37,932 nucleotides of DNA from Limnochordales bacterium (lineage in GTDB: Bacteria; Bacillota; Limnochordia; Limnochordales; ZCTH02-B6). The notes beneath the pieces are model-generated. The model was not told the origin of the DNA. It searched no databases and saw only the letters and a program-made list of their open reading frames with translations. Positions 1-8,921 of this stretch are shown here, one piece after another; the stretch's first letter is position 1, and each line of letters starts with the position of its first letter. The stretch is taken from NCBI GenBank assembly GCA_036562195.1, contig DATCKT010000300.1:1-37932 (forward strand). The letters are read 5' to 3'. Both the position numbers and the translations under genes were made by a program.

Positions 1-1492
1 GCTCCAGGTAGGGCAGCAGGCCGGACTCCTGCAGATAGTCGGTGACGACCCGGGAACCGGGCGCGAGGCTGGTCTTGACGTACGCCGGCACCTTCAGCCC
101 CCGCTCCACCGCCTTCTTGGCCAGCAGGCCGGCGCCCACCATCACCGACGGGTTGGAGGTGTTGGTGCAGCTGGTAATGGCGGAGATGACCACCGAGCCG
201 TGGGTGACCTCCGTGGCCTGCCGCGTCGCCACCGCCACGCCCCCCTCCGAGGAGCCGGGCGTGCGAAGCGCGTCGCCCTTGCCGAAATGGTCCCGCAGCG
301 CGGTGCGGAACGACTCCTGCACCCGGCCGAGGCTGACCCGGTCCTGGGGCCGCCGCGGGCCGGCCACACTGGGCTCCACCGTGCTCATGTCCAGCTCCAG
401 CACGGCCGAGAACTCCGGCTCCGGCGTGTCGTCGGTGCGGAACAGGCCCTGCTCCTTGTAATACCGCTCCACCAGGTCGATCAGCTCAGGGTCGCGGCCC
501 GTCATGCGCAGGTAGCGCAGCACCTCGTTGTCCACGGGGAAGAAGCCGCACGTGGCGCCGTACTCGGGAGCCATGTTGCCGATGGTGGCCCGGTCCGCGA
601 GCGGCAGCCGGTTGAGGCCCTCGCCGAAGAACTCCACGAACTTGCCCACCACGCCGTACTTGCGCAGCATCTGCGTGATGGTCAGCACCAGGTCGGTGGC
701 CGTGGCGCCTTCGGGCAGCGCGCCCGTCAGCCGCACGCCGACGACTTCGGGGATCAGCATGTAGTAGGGCTGGCCCAGCATGACGGCCTCCGCCTCGATG
801 CCGCCGACGCCCCAGCCGAGCACGCCCAGGCCGTTGATCATGGTCGTGTGCGAGTCGGCGCCCAGCACGCTGTCGGGGAACACCATGGTCTCCCCGTTCA
901 CCTGGCGCCGCACGGCGACGCTGGCCAGGTACTCCAGGTTCACCTGGTGCACGATCCCCGTACCCGGCGGCACGACCCGGAAATTGTCGAAGGCTTTCTG
1001 GGCCCACCGCAGCAAGGCGTAGCGCTCGCGGTTGCGCTCAAACTCCTTCTCGACGTTGATTTGAAACGCGTCGGGCGAACCGAAGGCGTGCACCTGCACG
1101 GAGTGGTCGATCACCAGGTCCACCGGGATCAGGGGATTGATGCGCTTCGGGTCGCCGCCCCGCTGGGCGATGGCGTCCCGCATGGCGGTCAAGTCCACCA
1201 CCGCCGGCACGCCCGTGAAGTCCTGCAGCAGCACCCTGGCGGGCATAAAGCCGATCTCCTGGTCGGAGACCTGTCCCGGCCGCCACCGGGCCAACGCCTG
1301 TACCTGCTCCTCGGTCACCACGTACCCGTCGCAGTGGCGCAGCAGGCTCTCCAGCAGCACCCGCAGCGAGAACGGCAAACGCGAGACGTTGGCCACGCCC
1401 GCCCGCTCCAGGCTGTCCAGCCGGTAGATCACCGCCGGGCCGCGGGCCGTTTCCAGAGTCGCCCGACTGCCGAACGCATTCAAGACTGCCAT
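1..1492 (-). CDS. acnA: Aconitate hydratase A (aconitase/IRP family), N-terminal ~497 codons; the 3' end runs off the left window edge
   Basis: Absent from the ORF track because it is open at the window edge. My translation of the minus strand from ATG 1492..1490 (GGAAGGAGA SD just upstream) gives [147 protein letters not shown]. These are classic aconitase motifs. Confidence 0.95.
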   Translation of the reverse strand, partial: MAVLNAFGSRATLETARGPAVIYRLDSLERAGVANVSRLPFSLRVLLESLLRHCDGYVVTEEQVQALARWRPGQVSDQEIGFMPARVLLQDFTGVPAVVDLTAMRDAIAQRGGDPKRINPLIPVDLVIDHSVQVHAFGSPDAFQINVEKEFERNRERYALLRWAQKAFDNFRVVPPGTGIVHQVNLEYLASVAVRRQVNGETMVFPDSVLGADSHTTMINGLGVLGWGVGGIEAEAVMLGQPYYMLIPEVVGVRLTGALPEGATATDLVLTITQMLRKYGVVGKFVEFFGEGLNRLPLADRATIGNMAPEYGATCGFFPVDNEVLRYLRMTGRDPELIDLVERYYKEQGLFRTDDTPEPEFSAVLELDMSTVEPSVAGPRRPQDRVSLGRVQESFRTALRDHFGKGDALRTPGSSEGGVAVATRQATEVTHGSVVISAITSCTNTSNPSVMVGAGLLAKKAVERGLKVPAYVKTSLAPGSRVVTDYLQESGLLPYLE

Positions 1493-1574
1493 GATCGTCT
1501 CCTTCCCCTTGCGTATTTCTGTATACCGCGCTCGCCAAGCACTCGCCACCAGCACAAATTCGCTTCTAAGGGGC

Positions 1575-1603
1575 ATTGTACCATAACGGGGCGCGGCTGT
1601 GCA
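1575..1603 (-). promoter_or_regulatory. Sigma-A-type promoter candidate for acnA
   Basis: On the minus strand: TGCACA (1603..1598), 17-nt spacer, then an extended -10 TGgTACAAT (TACAAT at 1580..1575). It lies ~80 nt upstream of the acnA ATG. Confidence 0.5.
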
Positions 1604-1643
1604 TCTTCACCTCGAGGACCCCATCCTCGACCGCACACGCGCT

Positions 1644-1673
1644 TTGACGGCCGCCGCTCCGTTGGGCTATGAT
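1644..1673 (+). promoter_or_regulatory. Sigma-A-type promoter candidate for the 1694..2047 gene
   Basis: TTGACG (1644-1649), 18-nt spacer, TATGAT (1668-1673). It is divergent from the acnA promoter. Confidence 0.55.
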
Positions 1674-1693
1674 GATCTTGTCTCCCGCCGGAG

Positions 1694-2047
1694 GTGATGC
1701 CCTTGGACGTTGGATTTCCCCGCCCCTCCAAAGGCCGCATTCCCCATGCGCGCCTGTTCGGAAGCCAACTGCGCGCCCTGCGCAACGACGAATACATCGC
1801 CCACCTGCTCAAGCAAAACTTAGAGTTGAAAGCGCTGGTGCGGGCCCTGGCGGAGAAGTTCCTGGAAGGCAAGCCGCCCCGCGAGGTGCGCCGCCTCTTG
1901 CACGAGGTGCTGCTGGAGCAGCGCCGCATCTACAACGAGGCCCTCACCCGCCAGGCCATCAAGCAGGCGCGGCACGTGGACGACCTTTTGGCCATGTTGG
2001 ACGAGATCCGGGAATACGACGGCTTCTCCCGGGACGGAACGGCCTGA
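1694..2047 (+). CDS. Hypothetical small helical protein (~115 aa)
   Basis: Track ORF with K/E/L-rich, non-shadow composition. GGAGG at 1690-1694 overlaps GTG 1694, so TTG 1703 (8-nt spacing) is the more likely start. I recognise no family. Confidence 0.55.
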   Translation: MMPLDVGFPRPSKGRIPHARLFGSQLRALRNDEYIAHLLKQNLELKALVRALAEKFLEGKPPREVRRLLHEVLLEQRRIYNEALTRQAIKQARHVDDLLAMLDEIREYDGFSRDGTA

Positions 2048-2055
2048 ACCCGCCC

Positions 2056-2889
2056 TCAGGCGTCGTTTTGGCCGAGACGGGCCACGATTCCCATCACCAG
2101 CCGTGCGAAATCCCGGGCGACCCGGGCGCCGGTTTCCACAACCTCGTCGTGGCTTAAGGGGCGCGGCGAGATGCCGGCCGCCAGGTTGGTGATGCACGAG
2201 ATGCCCAAAACCCGCATGCCCATGTGGCGGGCCGCAATCACCTCCGGCACCGTGGACATGCCCACCGCATCGGCTCCCAGCGTGCGGAACGCCCGGATCT
2301 CGGCGGGCGTCTCGTAGGTGGGCCCGCTCAAGCCGAGGTAGACACCCTCCTGCAGCTGCAGTCCTTCCTCTCCCGCCACCGCGCGGGCCAAGCCCCGCAG
2401 CTCGGGGTCATAGGCGTTGGTCATGTCCGGAAACCGGGGTCCGAAGGCCTCTTCGTTGGGCCCGATGAGCGGGTTCGTGCCGAACAGGTTGATGTGGTCG
2501 GCGATCAGCATCAGATCACCGGGAGTGAACGCCGGATTAAGGCCGCCGGCGGCGTTGGTCACGATCAGCGTGGTCACGCCTAGCTCCCGCAGCACCCGCA
2601 CCGGGCGCACCACGTCCGCCATGGAGTAGCCCTCGTAGAAATGGACGCGACCCTGCATGGCCCACACCGGCGTGCCGGCAAGCCGCCCCGCCACGAGGCG
2701 GCCCCGGTGGCCGGGCACCGTCGAGGATGGGAAATGGGGGATCTCCGCGTAGGGGAAGGAAACTGCACCCTCGATCTGATCCGCGAGCAGCCCGAGGCCC
2801 GAGCCCAGGATCAACCCCACCCGCGGCCTCACCGCCACCCGCTGGGCCAAGTGGGCCGCGGCCTTCCGCACTCGCTCCAGCTCCGTCAT
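2056..2889 (-). CDS. punA: Purine nucleoside phosphorylase (trimeric PunA type)
   Basis: LILGSGLG..FPSSTVPGHRGRLVAGRL..FYEGYS..VTNAAGGLNP..GPNEEAFGPRFPDM..GLSGPTYETPAEIRAFR..GADAVGMSTVPEVI. The match runs the full length. Confidence 0.9.
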   Translation of the reverse strand: MTELERVRKAAAHLAQRVAVRPRVGLILGSGLGLLADQIEGAVSFPYAEIPHFPSSTVPGHRGRLVAGRLAGTPVWAMQGRVHFYEGYSMADVVRPVRVLRELGVTTLIVTNAAGGLNPAFTPGDLMLIADHINLFGTNPLIGPNEEAFGPRFPDMTNAYDPELRGLARAVAGEEGLQLQEGVYLGLSGPTYETPAEIRAFRTLGADAVGMSTVPEVIAARHMGMRVLGISCITNLAAGISPRPLSHDEVVETGARVARDFARLVMGIVARLGQNDA

Positions 2890-2928
2890 GCGCCCGCCTC
2901 CGCCTCTCTCGCCGCTCCCGGCCGCCGC

Positions 2929-3426
2929 CTACTGGCCGCAGGCCGGCGCGCCGCCGTCGGGAATGGCTGCCCGGGCCAGTTCATCGGCCCGCTCGTTCCA
3001 CGGGTCGCCCGCATGGCCCGTCACCTTCACCCACTCGACCTGGTGGCCCCGGCTGACCCGCAACAGTTCCTGCCACAGGTCTTGGTTCTCCACGGGTTTC
3101 TTGTCCGCGGTGCGCCATCCGTTGGCCTGCCACCGCTCCACCCAGCCGCGGCGGAAGGCGTTGACCAAGTACGCGCTGTCGCTGTGGATCCGGACCCGGC
3201 ACGGGCGCCGCAGCGCCTTCAGGGCTTCGATGGCCGCCGTCAGCTCCATGCGCTGGTTGGTGGTCTGGCGCTCGCCGCCGCTCAGCTCGCGCCGGTGCTC
3301 ACCCCACAGCAGGACGGCCGCCCAGCCGCCCGGTCCGGGGTTTCCCCGGCAAGCCCCGTCGGTGTATACTTCCACCACGCGCCCGCGGCCCGCGCCGCCT
3401 GCGGCGGGTCCAGCGTTGCGGTCCAC
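2929..3426 (-). CDS. rnhA: Ribonuclease HI
   Basis: [89 protein letters not shown]. The DEDD catalytic context is present. The start is GTG at 3426. Confidence 0.9.
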   Translation of the reverse strand: MDRNAGPAAGGAGRGRVVEVYTDGACRGNPGPGGWAAVLLWGEHRRELSGGERQTTNQRMELTAAIEALKALRRPCRVRIHSDSAYLVNAFRRGWVERWQANGWRTADKKPVENQDLWQELLRVSRGHQVEWVKVTGHAGDPWNERADELARAAIPDGGAPACGQ

Positions 3427-3427
3427 G

Positions 3428-3691
3428 TTACTGCGTGAGCGTGTTGATCAGCCGCTCCACAAAATCGGGCGAAGCGTTCGTGATCAGGGTCAGCCCCACC
3501 ATGGTGAGGAGGGCAAAGGCCAGGTTGGCAAAGCCGCGCAGGCGGGTCGGAATCTCAAAGGGCGGCAACCGGCGCCCGCCCAGGAGCAGGCCGACCAACC
3601 CCGTTTGGAAGGCGCCGATGCCGATGAGGATCAGCACCAGTTCTCCCCAGATGCCGGGAAACACGCTCTCAAACCAGCCCAACTGCCTCAC
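3428..3691 (-). CDS. Small two-helix membrane protein, hypothetical
   Basis: Hydrophobic segments [22 protein letters not shown] and [17 protein letters not shown]. The first ~30 codons of the track ORF (from 3781) use rare low-GC3 codons and look non-coding. A GTG 3691 or TTG 3682 start is more likely but uncertain. The stop lies 1 nt from the rnhA start. Confidence 0.45.
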   Translation of the reverse strand: MRQLGWFESVFPGIWGELVLILIGIGAFQTGLVGLLLGGRRLPPFEIPTRLRGFANLAFALLTMVGLTLITNASPDFVERLINTLTQ

Positions 3692-3854
3692 GCTCCGTCG
3701 ACAGCAATGATGTGGCAGCTCCGGCCCCGGCGGGCGCCCCAACTGGCCTGGGCGGCGCCTGGCCGTTGTTACTCTATCCACCTATTTTATGGTAGGATCG
3801 CCTTGGGGACAAGCCCGCACTTGGCCCAACACTGGCGGGGAAGGACGATCGTGA

Positions 3855-4211
3855 ATGAACCTCGTGGCCTTCATCGTCCTTGGGTTGGCGGCCGGCACGT
3901 TGAGCGGCCTGCTGGGCGTGGGCGGCGGCCTCATCATCGTACCGGTCCTGAACAAGGTGTTTCATGTCCCCATGAACGTGGCCGTGGGCACGTCGCTCCT
4001 CATCATCATTCCGACGGCACTGGTGGGTAGCCTCACCCACTACGCCAGGGGCAATTTGCAGCTGCAGCTGGCCCTGCCCATCATTCTGGGCACCGTGGTC
4101 GGCGGGTACGTGGGCGCGCGCCTGGTCGGGATCTTGCCCGAGCTCGCGTTGAAACGCGCGTTTGCGCTGCTGGCCCTCTACACAGCCTACCGGCTCTGGT
4201 TTGACCGCTAG
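3855..4211 (+). CDS. TauE/SafE (TSUP, DUF81) family membrane protein, half-size (118 aa)
   Basis: GLAAGTLSGLLGVGGGLIIVPVL..GTSLLIIIPTALVGSLTHY..ILGTVVGGYVGARL is the typical TSUP repeat unit with four predicted helices. Its stop overlaps the convergent gene's stop within the sequence CTAG (4208-4211). Confidence 0.75.
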   Translation: MNLVAFIVLGLAAGTLSGLLGVGGGLIIVPVLNKVFHVPMNVAVGTSLLIIIPTALVGSLTHYARGNLQLQLALPIILGTVVGGYVGARLVGILPELALKRAFALLALYTAYRLWFDR

Positions 4212-5233
4212 CCGCGGCCGCCCTGCGCGAGCCGCGCCTCCCAATCCTTGCGCCAGCGGTCGGGAACCCGCGCCTGCTCCAGAACCGCCCGCGCCTGGGC
4301 GGTTTGGCCGGTGCGCAGGCACGCCTCCAAGGCCAGATCCAGCGTACCCACGTAGTCTTCCCGTTGCCACGGCATAAGGCGTCCCACCGCCACGCCGACG
4401 GCCGGGGCCAGGGCTGCGACGGCGCCCCACTCGCCCGCTTCCGCCTGCAGCGTTACCAGGCGGTGCAGGTTCTCCAGATCGTTGGGCAGGCGGCGGGCCA
4501 CCTGGCGGCTCAGGCGGAGCGCCTGCACCTTGTCGCCCGCCTGCATGGCGATGGCCGCCGCCTGCGACTCAAGCCGCGGGTCGTCGGCCCGCTCCGCGGC
4601 CCACAAGAGCGCCTCCACCGCCGCTGCGGGCTCCGAGGCGGCGATGCGGCGAGCGTAGGCCAGCGCCACCGCCACCAAGGCTTCCCCCGGCCAAGCGTCG
4701 GGTCTGAGGCGCAAGCCGCGCCGGTAGGCGCGCCATGATCGCTCTGGCGCGTCCGTCCCCCATAAACCCGCCAGTTCCAGATACAGCTCGCCGCGCACCT
4801 CGGGCGGAAACGTTTCCACCGCGGCTTCCCAGTCGTCGCGGGCCCGCAGATACTCGGCCGCCGCGTGAATGGCCCGGCGCAGCACCGCCTCCCCGCCCGC
4901 CTGCTGGACCGCGGACCCGGCGGCCTGGCGCAGGTAGTCCAGCCCGCGCTGGCGGCCGGCCTTGATCAGGTGCTCGCCCAGCGTGAGCAGGATCCCCGCC
5001 CGGCTCTGGGGCATGCGCTCGGCCAAGCGGGTCATGAACAGCTCGAAGCCCCCGTGCCATCCCTGCTTCTGGCAAAAGCGGGCCAGGCGCATCAACGCCT
5101 CGTCATTTCTGCCGTACTGCCGCAGCACCGCGCGGCAGTACCCGGCGAACTCCTCCCGCTGCCCGCTCTCCGCCAGCTGGCGCAGCTGCGCCATGACGGT
5201 CCGCAGGTCATCGGACGTGGTACGCTGCGTCAC
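4208..5233 (-). CDS. Hypothetical all-helical (TPR-like) repeat protein
   Basis: Track ORF 4208..5293. GTG 5233 is preceded by GGGGGGAG. The protein is Leu/Ala/Arg-rich with helical-repeat character. I recognise no catalytic motif. Confidence 0.5.
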   Translation of the reverse strand: MTQRTTSDDLRTVMAQLRQLAESGQREEFAGYCRAVLRQYGRNDEALMRLARFCQKQGWHGGFELFMTRLAERMPQSRAGILLTLGEHLIKAGRQRGLDYLRQAAGSAVQQAGGEAVLRRAIHAAAEYLRARDDWEAAVETFPPEVRGELYLELAGLWGTDAPERSWRAYRRGLRLRPDAWPGEALVAVALAYARRIAASEPAAAVEALLWAAERADDPRLESQAAAIAMQAGDKVQALRLSRQVARRLPNDLENLHRLVTLQAEAGEWGAVAALAPAVGVAVGRLMPWQREDYVGTLDLALEACLRTGQTAQARAVLEQARVPDRWRKDWEARLAQGGRG

Positions 5234-5474
5234 GGGCTCCCCCCCTCGCCACCGGGTGCGCCGGCGCGGCCCGCTGCCACCCGTGTGGAGCAACCCTCAT
5301 TCTAATCACTGGACGCCGGCATGTAAATACGAACAGTGAAGGACGCAAGCGGCCGCCGTCCCCCGCGAGGCCGCGCCCGTCCGCCGCCGTCCGCCGGCCC
5401 CGGCGGGCGCAGGAGTAGAGGCCGCGGGCAAGAACCTTTGGCCTAGACCCCAGCCCAGCAAGGAGGATGGCAGG

Positions 5475-6512
5475 ATGAAGGCGGTACGCATTCATGCCCA
5501 CGGCGGGCCGGAAGTGCTGCGTTTCGAAACCGTGCCGGACCCGGTGCCGAAAGCCGATGAGGTGCTGGTACGGGTACGGGCCTGCGCGCTGAACCACCTG
5601 GACCTGTGGAACCGCAAAGGCTTGCCGCGCCCCATGGTCCAGTTGCCCCGCATCCTCGGCTCCGACATCGCCGGCGAGGTGGTGGCCGTGGGCGAACTGG
5701 TGGACGATGTGAAACCGGGCGACGCGGTGGTGGTCAGCCCGGGTGTCGGATGCGGCCATTGCCGCCACTGTCTCAGCGGCAGGGACAACCTGTGCCCCGA
5801 CTACCATCTCTTCGGCGCTGGGCGCGACGGGGGCTACGCCCAGCTGGTGGCCGTCCCGCGGGCCAACATCGTGCCCAAGCCGCAACGCTTGAGCTTTGCG
5901 GAGGCTGCGGCCTTTCCGCTGGTCTTCCTCACCGCATGGCACATGCTCGTGGCCCGGGCGCAGGTCCGGCCCGGCGAGGACGTTTTCGTATGGGGCGCCG
6001 GGAGCGGCGTCGGCAGCGCGGGGATCCAGATCGCCAAACTGCTGGGCGCGCGGGTCATCGCCGCCACCAAAGGTGAAGAGAAGGCGGCCAAGGCTCGGGA
6101 ATTGGGCGCCGACGCGGTCGTCGACTACTCCACCGGCGACGTGCTGAAGACGGTCCGAACGCTAACCGACGGCCGCGGGGTCGACGTGGTCTTCGAGCAC
6201 GTGGGGCAGGCCACCTGGGAGACCAGCATCAAGATGCTCTGCCGGGGCGGGCGGTTGGTCATCTGCGGCAACACGTCCGGATGGGAAGCCCGGACCGACC
6301 TGCGTTACGTCTTTTTCCGGGAGCTGTCCCTCCTCGGCTCCGAGATGGGCAGCAAGGGCGAGCTCCTTGACCTGTTGCCGTGGGTCGAAACCGGCCGCCT
6401 GCGGCCCGTGGTGCACGCGGTATTCCCGCTGGAGGAAGCCGCCGAAGCTCACCGCCTGCTGGAATCTCAGGCCCAGTTCGGCAAGATCGTCTTGGAACCG
6501 CCCGTGGATTGA
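5475..6512 (+). CDS. Zinc-type alcohol dehydrogenase / quinone oxidoreductase (MDR superfamily)
   Basis: GGAGG SD. MKAVRIHAHGGPEVL..ALNHLDLW..GSDIAGEVVAVG..GDAV..CGHCRHCLSGRDNLC..VWGAGSGVGSAGIQIAKLLGARV. This covers the GroES-like domain, the structural-zinc Cys cluster and the Rossmann GxGxxG. Confidence 0.85.
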   Translation: MKAVRIHAHGGPEVLRFETVPDPVPKADEVLVRVRACALNHLDLWNRKGLPRPMVQLPRILGSDIAGEVVAVGELVDDVKPGDAVVVSPGVGCGHCRHCLSGRDNLCPDYHLFGAGRDGGYAQLVAVPRANIVPKPQRLSFAEAAAFPLVFLTAWHMLVARAQVRPGEDVFVWGAGSGVGSAGIQIAKLLGARVIAATKGEEKAAKARELGADAVVDYSTGDVLKTVRTLTDGRGVDVVFEHVGQATWETSIKMLCRGGRLVICGNTSGWEARTDLRYVFFRELSLLGSEMGSKGELLDLLPWVETGRLRPVVHAVFPLEEAAEAHRLLESQAQFGKIVLEPPVD

Positions 6513-6642
6513 GGGCCTGTGCCGGCGCGCGAGCGTGGCTGCCGGGCCGCCCTGCGCGGCAGGCGACAAGCCGCCGCACGCCGCGGGCGGTGCCGTGGAG
6601 CAGGCGCGCCGGTGCGGGCCCACGCGCCGGCACCGGCACGCA

Positions 6643-6669
6643 AAAAGGCGGGGATTGCCCCGCCTTTTT
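6643..6669. terminator. Bidirectional rho-independent terminator between the dehydrogenase (+) and FBP aldolase/phosphatase (-) genes
   Basis: AAAAA-GGCGGGG-ATTG-CCCCGCC-TTTTT: a perfect 7-bp GC stem flanked by an A-run and a T-run. Confidence 0.75.
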
Positions 6670-6776
6670 GTCGTTGTTGGGCCCGCAGCAGGCGCAGCGG
6701 CAAATCCACCCGCGGCGCCCCGGACGCAGCCCGGCACGGTGCTTTCGCCGAGGGCGCCGCGGGATTCGTGCTCGCA

Positions 6777-7904
6777 TTACCGCGGCGCCGCCGTCTCCCG
6801 GGCGCTGACCAGCTCCACGCTCTTGAACCGGTCGGCCACCCGGCGCATGACCTCGGGCATCGCGGTGTACTCCATCTCCTCCAAGGGCAGCCGGTGCGGC
6901 TCGAAGGGCCCCATCCGCCGCATCATCTCGGCCATCTCGAGAGCCGTCTGCCGCGCCTTGTCGAAGCCCGGATCGCCGAACATGTCGCGCGGGCCGACCA
7001 GCTGGCCGTTGTTGATCTGGAAGCCGTATGCCACCACCCGCGGCGGCCCGTCGAAACGGCTGGTGTTGGCCTGGTCGAAGCCGACCGGCATGAGCGGACC
7101 GCAGTGGGAGCCGCGCATCCAGCCCTCCACCAAATGCGGCTGGGCAAAGGCCTCCAGCGCCTCCCCCACCGCCGGCAGCCCGCTCTGGCAGCGCACGATG
7201 AGCACCGGGTCGTCCTTGCCCACGTACTTGCCGGCGATGAGGCTCAGCCGCTGGGTGGACGTGCTGGCCACCGGCTCGTGGTCACCCGGCCGGTACACGT
7301 TGCGGATGACGAAGCGGCTCGGCGAGCCGATGAACGACAGCAGGTCGTAGCTCTCGCTGGGCGTGTGGAAGCGGGCGACCTTGTTCTCCCGCAGGTCCAG
7401 AATCTCGAAGTCAAACCCCCCGTGCATCTTGGGGTCGATCACCAGCCCGGGGGTGATAAAGGGGTCCGCGAACATGCGGTACACCGGGAGGTTCCACGCG
7501 CCGGGGCTCGTCTTGTCGCCCAGGAAAATGATGACGGGTTCGCTGGGGCGCTCCTCAAACTGCATCTCGGCCACGCCGGGACCCAGGCCCTTGACGGTCC
7601 CCGCAAACGCGTCCTTGAGCAGGTCCTGCCCCGCGCCGTACAGCTTCAGGCTCTTGGCCACTTCGGTGGTGGCCCGGAACACCTCCCACGCGATCCGGTG
7701 CACCAGCTCGCTGTCGACGCCGTGGCGGTGGGTCATAATCAGGGCGATATCATCGCCCACCCGGCCGACGCAGTAGTCCTCGATCAAGCCCTTCTCCTTA
7801 CGCTGTTCCAGCTCGGCTTCCGCCGTCCGCATCATGTCCGGGTGGACCGCCGAGTGGCCTACAAAACCTCCGGTATCCGCCTTAATCACCGACAAGGTGA
7901 TCAT
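6777..7904 (-). CDS. fbp: Bifunctional fructose-1,6-bisphosphate aldolase/phosphatase (class V FBPase)
   Basis: MITLSVIKADTGGFVGHS..ALIMTHRHG..GAGQDLLKDAFAGTVKGLGPGVAEM..FLGDKTSPGAWNLPVY..DPFITPGLVIDP..GFDFEILD..VGKDDPVLIVRCQSGLPAVGE..MRGSHCGPLMP. The similarity runs full length to the archaeal/deep-branching bacterial enzyme. GGAGG SD. Confidence 0.9.
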   Translation of the reverse strand: MITLSVIKADTGGFVGHSAVHPDMMRTAEAELEQRKEKGLIEDYCVGRVGDDIALIMTHRHGVDSELVHRIAWEVFRATTEVAKSLKLYGAGQDLLKDAFAGTVKGLGPGVAEMQFEERPSEPVIIFLGDKTSPGAWNLPVYRMFADPFITPGLVIDPKMHGGFDFEILDLRENKVARFHTPSESYDLLSFIGSPSRFVIRNVYRPGDHEPVASTSTQRLSLIAGKYVGKDDPVLIVRCQSGLPAVGEALEAFAQPHLVEGWMRGSHCGPLMPVGFDQANTSRFDGPPRVVAYGFQINNGQLVGPRDMFGDPGFDKARQTALEMAEMMRRMGPFEPHRLPLEEMEYTAMPEVMRRVADRFKSVELVSARETAAPR

Positions 7905-8921
7905 GTCGTTTAATGGAAACCTCCTTCCGAGATGGTCCGCGGCGAACCAGTGCGCCGCAGGCCTGTGGAAAGGGCGCGCGCCCGCCTGGGGAAAGGCCGC
8001 TGTTAGCTACGGAAAAGACCGCTGCCCGGCGCCGGGCCGGCCGCCGGTGCGGTCGGTGGATGCACCGCTTGCTCCACAAGGGCGCGCGCGAGCAAAGCCC
8101 CCGCCCCAGGACCACGTGGGCGGGCGACCCCTTCTGGCCACCGGCGCCCCCTCTGTCCCCGCGATCGCTCGCGGGATTTAAAGGACGCCTGACGACCGTG
8201 GCCGGGCCGAGTGGCATCCGCCGATGATCCGATGAACCACTTCCTCGTCAACTTGCCCACCGTCACCAACTGGGCAAGTCCAGGCGCTTGCTCGTATTCA
8301 ATTGTGTGGTACGCCGTCCGGACGGCTCGCGCTCTCTCTCAGGCCTCGCCCCCTTCCTCCACCCTCACCCATCCCCACCTGCCGCACCGGCCGGAGCACC
8401 CGCCCCGCCGGCCTCGGCCCAGGCCACCGGTCCCTCGGAGGAACCGGCTAAGCCGAGGGCATTGGCACCTTATGCCGATACCGTCCGTCGGTGACACCGC
8501 GAAAGCCACGGGCACCCAATACAGGATTATTATACCACCCCCCCGGGGGAGTGTCCAGGATAACCTACTACCTAGCGCCCCAGCCGTAGGGCCGGGGTCA
8601 CCGAGGGGAAGGCAGGTGGCGACCATGCGCCGCTGGCTGCTTAGGGCCCTGCTCCTGATGGGCCTCAGCTGGCTTTACCGGGCCAGCCAGCGCTTTGTCC
8701 TCCGGCGCCTGCGCTGACCAGCGCCGCCGGCGACGCGAAACCATGCCCCGGCCGGCTGTACCCGGTCCGGGCGCTGTACACAACCACCTGCCGCGGTGGC
8801 CTACCCGCGGCCGCCGTCGGGCTTGGACAGCACCCGCGCGGCGCAGCCCCCCGGCCAGGGGGTCGCCCATCCCTTCCCGCACCGGGACTTCATGGTATAC
8901 TGGTGCGGGAGGCGACGCACC

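Noticed and set aside
200-1672. A 490-aa plus-strand ORF spanning the left end
   Set aside because: It is antisense to a clear aconitase reading frame. It has His/Arg/Gly/Ala-rich shadow composition with no motifs, typical of a high-GC antisense ORF.
6519-7913. A 464-aa plus-strand ORF
   Set aside because: It is antisense to the well-supported FBP aldolase/phosphatase gene and has Arg/Ala/Pro/His-rich shadow composition.
8625-8717. A 30-codon ORF (MRRWLLRALLLMGLSWLYRASQRFVLRRLR) with an AGGTGG SD, considered as a type I toxin-like peptide
   Set aside because: It is plausible in form (short, hydrophobic, Arg-rich tail). However, I see no identifiable antisense RNA or promoter, and in this GC background such ORFs arise by chance, so it cannot be supported from sequence alone.
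8796-8921. Longest-ORF start codons in the track (e.g. nth 8796, SDR 9065, ndh 13292, lepB 19547, yhbH 28542, spoVR 29746, ecfA2 36646, TPR-like 5293, truA 34950)
   Set aside because: The extra N-terminal residues are low-complexity, overlap neighbouring genes or lack an SD. Downstream starts with good SD spacing match the expected family N-termini.
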